Positions 25,956 to 32,000 of a DNA stretch of 32,000 nucleotides are shown in pieces. Position 1 is the stretch's first letter. The number at the start of each line of letters is the position of its first letter. The DNA is from Sinorhizobium meliloti (GTDB lineage Bacteria > Pseudomonadota > Alphaproteobacteria > Rhizobiales > Rhizobiaceae), in NCBI RefSeq assembly GCF_017876815.1, contig NZ_JAGIOS010000003.1, forward strand, positions 1,140,001 through 1,172,000. The letters are read 5' to 3'. The notes beneath the pieces were generated by a model. It saw only the letters and a list, made by a program, of their open reading frames with translations. It did no database searches and was not told the origin of the DNA. A program made the translations under genes and the position numbers.

Positions 25956-27203
25956 ATGAAGCGACCCAAGATCTCCGACATTCGCGCGACCACCGTCACC
26001 GTTCCGCTGGAAGCGCCGTTGCGTCATTCCAACGGCGCACATTGGGGGCGGTTCGTCCGTACCATCATCGAGGTGGAAACCGATGTCGGCATCGTCGGCC
26101 TCGGCGAAATGGGCGGAGGCGGAGAAAGCGCCGAGGCGGCGTTCCGGGCGTTGAAGCCCTATCTCGTCGGCCACGATCCCTTCGAGCTGGAAAATCTCCG
26201 CTTCATGATCTGCAACCCGACCGCCAGCCTCTACAACAACCGCACCCAGATGCATGCCGCCATCGAATTCGCCTGTCTCGACATCATGGGGAAATTTCTC
26301 GACGTGCCCGTCTGCGATCTCCTCGGCGGCAAGATGCGCGATGCGGTGCCTTTTGCCAGCTACATGTTTTTCCGCCTTCCCAACAAGGACACTGGCGAGG
26401 GCGAAACGCGCACGGCCGATCAGCTCATCGAGCAGACACTGGCGCTGAAAAAGAAGTGCGGATTCACCTCGCACAAGCTGAAGAGCGGCGTTTTCCCGCC
26501 AGATTACGAGCTGGAGGTCTTTCGCGCATGGGCGAAGGCCCTCGGCCCCGACAGCGTCCGCTACGACCCGAACGCGGCGTTCAGCGTCGAGGAGGCGATC
26601 CGCTTCGCCAAGGGCATCGAGGATCTCAACAACGATTATTACGAGGACCCCACCTGGGGGTTGAACGGCATGCGGCGGGTGCGCGAGAACACGACCATGC
26701 CGCTCGCCACCAATACCGTCGTGGTGAATTTCGAGCAGCTCGCCACCAATATCCTCAATCCCGCCGTGGACGTGATCCTGCTCGACACCACCTTCTGGGG
26801 CGGCATCCGCCCCAGCGTGAAGGCGGCGGGCGTCTGCGAGACCTTCCAGCTCGGCATTGCGGTACATTCGTCGGGCGAACTCGGCATCCAGCTCGCCACC
26901 ATGCTGCACCTCGGCGCGGTTCTCCCGAACCTCGTCTTCCACGCGGATGCGCATTATCACCAGCTCACGGACGATATCATCGTCGGCGGCCCGATGCGCT
27001 ACCAGAACGGCACCATCGAGGTGCCGACGGCGCCGGGTCTCGGGGTGGAGCTCGATCGCGACAAGCTCGGGCAGTACGCCGACCTCCATAAGACGCTCGG
27101 CGGCTATCCCTACGACCGGGATCCCTCCCGCCCCGGCTGGTTTTCCGTCGTCCCGAACACGCGATGGGCAGACCCCAAAAACGATCGTGTCGTCGGCTAC
27201 TGA
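25956..27203 (+). CDS. Enolase-superfamily dehydratase, glucarate-dehydratase (GlucD) subgroup-like
   Basis: The track ORF 25899-27203 is trimmed to ATG 25956 (GGAG 6 nt upstream; [19 protein letters not shown]...). It has HKLKSG (KxK), YDPNAAF (Asp ligand), YYEDP (Glu ligand), LATNT (Asn ligand), LLDTTFWGG and AVHSSGE (His), in the order seen in GlucD. Confidence 0.82.
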   Translation: MKRPKISDIRATTVTVPLEAPLRHSNGAHWGRFVRTIIEVETDVGIVGLGEMGGGGESAEAAFRALKPYLVGHDPFELENLRFMICNPTASLYNNRTQMHAAIEFACLDIMGKFLDVPVCDLLGGKMRDAVPFASYMFFRLPNKDTGEGETRTADQLIEQTLALKKKCGFTSHKLKSGVFPPDYELEVFRAWAKALGPDSVRYDPNAAFSVEEAIRFAKGIEDLNNDYYEDPTWGLNGMRRVRENTTMPLATNTVVVNFEQLATNILNPAVDVILLDTTFWGGIRPSVKAAGVCETFQLGIAVHSSGELGIQLATMLHLGAVLPNLVFHADAHYHQLTDDIIVGGPMRYQNGTIEVPTAPGLGVELDRDKLGQYADLHKTLGGYPYDRDPSRPGWFSVVPNTRWADPKNDRVVGY

Positions 27204-27219
27204 GTCGGCAGCCTCCCGG

Positions 27220-27520
27220 ACGCAAGGCAGCTTCGATCTTTCTTAGATTGAACGATCCAGGTGACTGGCTCCGAGGATCCTTCATCGTCAGCAGGAAACT
27301 TGGCCGCCATGGCTGAGATTGGTGCCATGACGAATGCTCTTCCGCAAACCAATCGCTATAGGTGTGTTGATTTCTGCTCCGCTTCTCGAAGGGGTCACGG
27401 CGCAGGTGAAACGAGCAAAATACACGCACTTGGGTGAACGGTTGGCGCTAGACACTGAAGGCTTCATCCCGCTTTGTGACGGGGCTGGCCGTTGCTTGTA
27501 GCCGATCTTCTCGCCGTCGG
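27220..27520 (-). pseudogene. Decayed C-terminal remnant of an arylsulfatase-family gene
   Basis: Minus-strand translation gives ...DEAFSV*RQPFTQVRVFCSFHLRRDPFEK..TYSDWF..., then in another frame AFVMAPISAMAAKF, then back to LLTMKDPRSQSPGSFNLRKIEAAL. This resembles the ...W.EPF..LR.PK.FNLR.DPFE....TY.DW...HAF..VPAQA.V..FL.TFK.FPPRQKPGSFNLD... C-terminus of large bacterial arylsulfatases, from memory. It has an in-frame TAG (27450-27448) where Trp is expected and at least two frameshifts. Confidence 0.5.
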
Positions 27521-27789
27521 TTCACCTCCGGGTTGACGTCTAGCCTTTGCAGGTGGGCCCCGCTCAAATCTCGAGTTAGTTGCGTCCTGCGCAAGATAAC
27601 GAATCTTAGAGACCCTTCAGGCAGCAATGCCGCTTCCCGGAAACGCCGTGATACATAGCCTTCGAAAAACAAGGTCATTTCACGCATCGCTATCCAAAAT
27701 CTCGTCACCCTGACAGTTGTTGGACAGCTAATGGGGCACATCCAGTTCCTGCGAGTGCATCTGCTCGTGATCATTCGAAAGGTATATGA

Positions 27790-28539
27790 ATGGAGAGGCG
27801 TGATTTCCTCAGGGGCTTGGCCTTGCTTGCCGCCTGCCCGCTCTGCGTCAAAACGGCCTACGCCGCAGAGGGGGTGCACTGGCGCTATGAGGGCGAAGAG
27901 GGCCCTGAGCATTGGGGCTCTTTAGCCACGGAGAACAGTGCCTGTTCGGCCGGCTCGCAGCAATCGCCGATTGACATCCGCGGCGCGGTCAAGGCCGATA
28001 TTCCGGAGCTCACGGCGGACTGGAAGAGTGGAGGCACGATTCTCAACAATGGCCATACGATCCAGGTGAATGCTGCAGGCGGCACGCTCCGGCGCGGCGA
28101 GAAATCCTATGATCTGGTGCAGTATCACTTCCATTCGCCGAGCGAGCATTTTGTCGAGGGCAAGAGCTTCCCGATGGAAGCGCATTTCGTCCACAAGAAT
28201 GACGAGACCGGCACCCTCGGCGTGCTGGGCGTCTTCCTTGTACCCGGTGCGGCCAACTCGACCTTCGCAAGCCTGGCAGCGAAGTTCCCGCGGAACCCCG
28301 GCGAAGAATCGCCGCTCATCACCATTGACCCGAAAGGCCTCCTGCCATCCTCGCTTAGCTATTGGACGTATGAGGGATCGCTGACCACTCCTCCGTGCAG
28401 TGAGATCGTCGACTGGATGGTGGCGATGGAAGCGGTCGAGGTGGACCCGGGCGACATCAAGAAATTCACCGCACTGTATTCGATGAACGCACGACCCGCG
28501 CTTGCCGGCAATCGCCGCTACGTTCTAAGCTCCAGTTGA
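27790..28539 (+). CDS. Alpha-class carbonic anhydrase with twin-arginine signal peptide
   Basis: 249 aa starting MERRDFLRGLALLAA... (an RRxFLR Tat motif), with AYA-AE as the likely cleavage site. Alpha-CA hallmarks are present: HWRYEG..GPEHWG, SQQSPIDI, QYHFHSPSEH...EAHFVH (three Zn His) and YWTYEGSLTTPPCSE. AAAGG lies 7 nt upstream. Confidence 0.9.
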   Translation: MERRDFLRGLALLAACPLCVKTAYAAEGVHWRYEGEEGPEHWGSLATENSACSAGSQQSPIDIRGAVKADIPELTADWKSGGTILNNGHTIQVNAAGGTLRRGEKSYDLVQYHFHSPSEHFVEGKSFPMEAHFVHKNDETGTLGVLGVFLVPGAANSTFASLAAKFPRNPGEESPLITIDPKGLLPSSLSYWTYEGSLTTPPCSEIVDWMVAMEAVEVDPGDIKKFTALYSMNARPALAGNRRYVLSSS

Positions 28540-28701
28540 TCAACGGTCACGGGCAAGCATGTATCTCGCTGTCGTAGGTCGGGTCCGGGCGCGGCTTATC
28601 GCCATGGCCGGCCTGACCGGTTGCAAATAGCGCTCACGTGACTACCTTCAACTGTGCAGCCTCCCCTGGGTGACAGGGAGAGACATGACCGGGAGCAAAT
28701 C

Positions 28702-28968
28702 ATGTGCCGAAACATAAAACCCCTGTTCAATTTCGATCCGCCGGCGACGGACGAGGAAGTCCGTGACGCGGCGCTGCAGTTCGTGCGCAAGCTGAGCGGA
28801 ACGACCAAACCGTCCAAACGCAATGAGGCTGCGTTCGAGCGCGCGGTCGATTCGATCGCGGCATGCGCCCGCGAACTTCTGGACGCGCTGGAGACTTCGC
28901 AGCCTCCACGCAATCGTGAGGAAGTAGCGGCAAGAGCGCGCGAAAGATCGGCGATGCGTTTCGCTTGA
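28702..28968 (+). CDS. DUF2277-family small protein
   Basis: The track ORF 28654-28968 is trimmed to ATG 28702. MCRNIKPLFNFDPPATDEEVRDAALQFVRKLSGTTKPSKRNEAAFERAV... matches my memory of the conserved DUF2277 N-terminus (MCRNI..L.NF.PPAT.EE). Confidence 0.7.
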   Translation: MCRNIKPLFNFDPPATDEEVRDAALQFVRKLSGTTKPSKRNEAAFERAVDSIAACARELLDALETSQPPRNREEVAARARERSAMRFA

Positions 28969-29018
28969 AGCTATGATTGACCGCTTGCTTGCGCGGGGGC
29001 CGGAAGTCGCGTTTCCCG

Positions 29019-30008
29019 TCAAACGGATACGACGATTTTGCCGAACTGTTCGTTGGACTCCAGAAAACGGTGCGCCTCAACGATCTGGTCGAATGGGAAC
29101 GTCCTGGCAATGATGGGTCTCAGAGGACCCGACACCAGACCCTCCAGGATGAATGCCTTGGCGGGCTCCAGTCGCTCCGGATCTGTGAGGAGTTCGTGGA
29201 CCAGGTAACCACGTAGCGTCAGTGATTTGCTTAGCACGGCAAACAGCGGGAACGGAGTCTTCTCCGGGCTCAGCCCGCCATACTCGACAAGTATGCCGCC
29301 CGATGCCATCGCGGCCGCCAATGGCTCGAAGATCGGGCCCCCTACGGGATCGAACACGACGCGAATTCCCTGCTGCGCGGAAACTCGCTTCAGCTGCGCT
29401 TCCAAATCCTCCTCCATAGAGGCGATGACATGCGCCGCGCCGGCCTCGAGCAAAAGTTGCCGCTTGGCGGAGGTCCGGGTCACGGCTATTGGCATGGCTC
29501 CAACCATGTTGGCGATCTGGATTGCGGCAAGCCCGACACTGCTCGACGCCGCGGTGATAGCGACGAAATCTCCCCTGCGAAGCCCTCCGATATCGACCAG
29601 GCCGCCGTAAGCGGTGAGATACTGCATCCACACAGCGGCCGCCTCTTCAAAGCTCAGCGACGGCGGATGTCTGACGAGGAGTGCGGCAGGAAATATCGCA
29701 AGTTCCCCATATGCGGGCCACCGGGTCATCGATTTCGGCGGCAACAGGCTGACCGGATCGCCGGGAGCGAACCCTTGAACGCCCGGGCCGACCGTTTCCA
29801 CAAAGCCTGCTGCCTCAAGGCCAAGGCCGGAAGGAAATGTCGCCGTCTCGATATAGGCGCCCGCGCGCAGCAAAGCCTCCGCCCGGTTCAGGCCCAGCGC
29901 CTTGACGCGAATGCGAACCTCATGGGGCCCGGGCTCCGGCACGTGCACATCTTCGATCCGCAGCACCTCCGGACCACCCAACTCGTAAAAGCGAACGACG
30001 CGCGTCAT
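29019..30008 (-). CDS. Zinc-independent MDR-family NADPH:quinone oxidoreductase-like protein
   Basis: I prefer ATG 30008 (MTRVVRFYELGGPEVLRIEDV...), with GGAG 8 nt upstream; the track start is TTG 30026. It has the zeta-crystallin-like pattern ...VRIRVKALGLNRAE...PSGLGLEAAG.V..VG.GV..F..GD.V... and a nucleotide-binding AASSSVG. Confidence 0.85.
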   Translation of the reverse strand: MTRVVRFYELGGPEVLRIEDVHVPEPGPHEVRIRVKALGLNRAEALLRAGAYIETATFPSGLGLEAAGFVETVGPGVQGFAPGDPVSLLPPKSMTRWPAYGELAIFPAALLVRHPPSLSFEEAAAVWMQYLTAYGGLVDIGGLRRGDFVAITAASSSVGLAAIQIANMVGAMPIAVTRTSAKRQLLLEAGAAHVIASMEEDLEAQLKRVSAQQGIRVVFDPVGGPIFEPLAAAMASGGILVEYGGLSPEKTPFPLFAVLSKSLTLRGYLVHELLTDPERLEPAKAFILEGLVSGPLRPIIARTFPFDQIVEAHRFLESNEQFGKIVVSV

Positions 30009-30109
30009 GGCAAGACTCCGAAACAAATGTATTGAATGAGCTATGACAGCAGTGGTTCAGCCGATAAATGGAGAGAAAGGCAGCACAGTAGAAACGGAGA
30101 GTTTTTAAT

Positions 30110-31015
30110 ATGGATCGCCTGACCAGCATGGCTGTATTCGTCAAAGCGGTCGATCTCGGCTCGTTCGCCGCCGCAGCGGAAGCCCTTGGACTATCCGGAC
30201 CGATGGTCGGCAAGCATGTTCGATCCTTGGAGGATCGGCTCGGCGTGCAGCTTATCAACCGCACCACTCGGCGACACAGCCTGACGGAGTTCGGTCATGT
30301 CTATTACGAACGCTGCCGGGTAGTGCTCGCGGAAGCGCAAGCAGCGGATGCGCTTGCGTCCGATCAGCGTTCCGAACCCCGCGGCAAATTGCGTGTGACG
30401 ATGCCGGTCCATCTCGGTCGGCACTGCGTCACCCCCGTGCTGCTGGAACTCGCCCGAAAATACCCGGCGCTAGAACTTGACCTCTCGTTCAACGACCGCA
30501 TCATCGACCTTGCCGAAGACGGCTTTGATCTCTCCATACGCACGGGGCCCTTGGGGGACAGGGCCGGATTGATTGGCCGTCGTGTCGCACGCCAGCCGAT
30601 GATCGTATGCGCCTCACCCTCCTACCTGGAATCCAATGGCCACCCCGAAACGCCGGAGGACCTGGCGCAGCACTCGGCAGTCATCTATCGCCGATCCGGG
30701 CCCGTCCCGCACTGGCTGTTTCCGAGACAGGGGCAATCCCCGGTGGGGGTGATGCCGTTCCACCGGTTCCGCCTCGACGACCTCGATGCGATCGCTGACG
30801 CCGCCATACGGGGAATGGGGCTTGCATGGCTTCCCTACTGGCTGGTGCGGGGGCGGATCGAGACGGGCACGCTCGTTCGGCTTCTGCCGGAGCATCCGCC
30901 GTTTCTTTATGAGTGCCATGCAGTGTGGCTGCAGACGCCGCACCTGCCGCGCAAAGTTCGCGTTGCCGTCGATGCCTTGGCGGCGCAATTGCCGAGTTTC
31001 ATGACTCTGAAATAG
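30110..31015 (+). CDS. LysR-family transcriptional regulator
   Basis: 301 aa with wHTH MDRLTSMAVFVKAVDLGSFAAAAEALGLSGPMVGKHVRSLEDRLGVQLINRTTR. Divergent from the quinone oxidoreductase gene across a 101-bp intergenic region. Confidence 0.9.
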   Translation: MDRLTSMAVFVKAVDLGSFAAAAEALGLSGPMVGKHVRSLEDRLGVQLINRTTRRHSLTEFGHVYYERCRVVLAEAQAADALASDQRSEPRGKLRVTMPVHLGRHCVTPVLLELARKYPALELDLSFNDRIIDLAEDGFDLSIRTGPLGDRAGLIGRRVARQPMIVCASPSYLESNGHPETPEDLAQHSAVIYRRSGPVPHWLFPRQGQSPVGVMPFHRFRLDDLDAIADAAIRGMGLAWLPYWLVRGRIETGTLVRLLPEHPPFLYECHAVWLQTPHLPRKVRVAVDALAAQLPSFMTLK

Positions 31016-31140
31016 AGTTGCTCGCCACGCTGCGTGGCAGGACATGACTGTCGAGAGCTGGAATGACGTTGCCGATGCGCTGAAGGCGGATTTTCAAGAA
31101 TGGGCGCCGCGTATAATCAAGCCTCAGATCGGTCCGCTTT

Positions 31141-31163
31141 CACGTGGCGGTATACGCCACGTG
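31141..31163. other. 9-bp stem / 5-nt loop hairpin CACGTGGCG-GTATA-CGCCACGTG between convergent genes
   Basis: Read directly. It lies 36 nt downstream of the ABC-F stop (31199) and 126 nt downstream of the LysR stop. There is no U-tract on either strand, so a terminator role is uncertain. Confidence 0.3.
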
Positions 31164-31198
31164 TCAACCGGAGACGCAGGCCGTGGAGGCGCAGCCCC

Positions 31199-32000
31199 TC
31201 ACCCGCGCAGGCCCGGCGCCTCTTGCCCGGTGCGCTCCACATATTCGCTGTAACCACCGCCGTATTGATTGATCCCCTCGGGCGTAAGCTCCAAAACGCG
31301 ATTGGAAAGTGCCGACAGGAAACGGCGATCGTGCGAAACGAACAGCATCGTGCCCTGATAGGCCGAAAGCGCCTTGATCAGCATTTCCTTCGTATCGAGG
31401 TCGAGATGGTTGGTCGGCTCGTCGAGGACGAGGAAGTTCGGCGGGTCGAACAGCATTGCGGCCATCACCAGCCGCGCCTTCTCACCGCCGGAGAGCACCC
31501 GGCATCGCTTCTCGACGTCATCGCCGGAAAAGCCGAAGCAGCCGGCCAGCGCTCTAAGCGGCGCCTGTCCGGCCTTGGGGAAGCGGTCCTCCAGCCATTG
31601 CAGAATGGTGCTCTCGCCATCGAGCAGATCCATGGAATGCTGGGCGAAATAACCAAGCTTGACGCTGGCGCCGAGTGAGACGCTGCCCTTGTCCGGGTTG
31701 GTCGTGCCGGTGACCAGCTTCAGCAATGTCGATTTGCCGGCACCGTTGATGCCCATGATGCACCAGCGTTCGCGCCGGCGTACCATGAAATCGAGGCCGT
31801 CATATATCGTTCGGCTGCCATAGGTCTTGTGGACGCTCTTGAGGTTGACGACGTCTTCGCCGGAGCGCGGAGCCGGCAAGAACTCGAAGGCGACGGTCTG
31901 GCGACGGCGCGGCGGCTCGACGCGGTCAATCTTTTCGAGCTTCTTCACCCGGCTCTGAACCTGCGAGGCGTGAGAGGCACGGGCCTTGAAACGTTCAATG
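31199..32000 (-). CDS. ABC-F family ATPase (two-NBD, no membrane domain), C-terminal part; N-terminus beyond the window end
   Basis: The reading frame is open to the window edge (...IERFKARASHASQVQSRVKKLEKIDRVEPP...), which is the ABC-F inter-domain linker. The second NBD follows, with Walker A GINGAGKST, signature LSGGEKARL and Walker B LVLDEPTNHLD. Confidence 0.85.
   Translation of the reverse strand, partial: IERFKARASHASQVQSRVKKLEKIDRVEPPRRRQTVAFEFLPAPRSGEDVVNLKSVHKTYGSRTIYDGLDFMVRRRERWCIMGINGAGKSTLLKLVTGTTNPDKGSVSLGASVKLGYFAQHSMDLLDGESTILQWLEDRFPKAGQAPLRALAGCFGFSGDDVEKRCRVLSGGEKARLVMAAMLFDPPNFLVLDEPTNHLDLDTKEMLIKALSAYQGTMLFVSHDRRFLSALSNRVLELTPEGINQYGGGYSEYVERTGQEAPGLRG

Noticed and set aside
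22928-27203. Calling the operon a sulfoquinovose (sulfo-ED / sulfo-EMP hybrid) pathway outright.
   Set aside because: Only the YihS-like fold and the dehydrogenase/lactonase/dehydratase logic point that way. The window has no sulfoquinovosidase, aldolase, sulfolactaldehyde dehydrogenase/reductase or sulfonate exporter, and the dehydratase family differs. I kept this only as a hypothesis to test.
27448-27912. 154-aa minus-strand ORF spanning the carbonic anhydrase start region.
   Set aside because: Its 3' part is one reading frame of the decayed arylsulfatase remnant and ends at the TAG that replaces a Trp. Its 5' part overlaps the well-supported carbonic anhydrase gene in antisense. It is not an intact gene.

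Overview
High-GC, densely coding DNA that looks like alphaproteobacterial (Rhizobiaceae-like) accessory or chromid sequence. The taxon guess rests on gene content such as a BA14K protein, a DmpA-type peptidase and many ABC/GntR/LysR catabolic modules; GC was judged by eye, not computed. I call 33 CDS (two truncated by the window edges) and one decayed pseudogene. I saw no rRNA, tRNA, CRISPR array, IS/transposase, phage, defence or toxin-antitoxin genes. Blocks, left to right: (1) 1-7278, a LysR-associated locus with a Dpp-type peptide importer, a COG1574 amidohydrolase, an S58/DmpA aminopeptidase and a D-amino-acid aminotransferase. (2) 7536-8756, a two-module BA14K membrane protein and a RidA-family gene. 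(3) 9061-14506, a LacI regulator followed by a polar-amino-acid-type ABC operon ending in a 2-hydroxyacid dehydrogenase and a small alpha/beta-barrel protein. (4) 14638-27203, a sugar/sugar-acid island of three back-to-back modules, each with its own FCD-type GntR regulator. It holds a CUT2 sugar ABC system with a single-domain ATPase, two SDRs, a mutarotase-like protein, two enolase-superfamily dehydratases, an SMP30 lactonase and a YihS-like AGE isomerase. (5) 27204-32000, an AT-richer junction with an arylsulfatase relic, a Tat-signal alpha-carbonic anhydrase, DUF2277, a quinone-oxidoreductase/LysR pair and a truncated ABC-F ATPase. The best candidate for something undescribed is the lactonase-SDR-YihS-like isomerase-GlucD-like dehydratase operon (22928-27203) within the triple-GntR island. 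I regard it as an uncharacterised catabolic route, not a dramatic new system. Several perfect palindromes in intergenic DNA are candidate operators. All family assignments come from motif recognition by eye; no database search was run.
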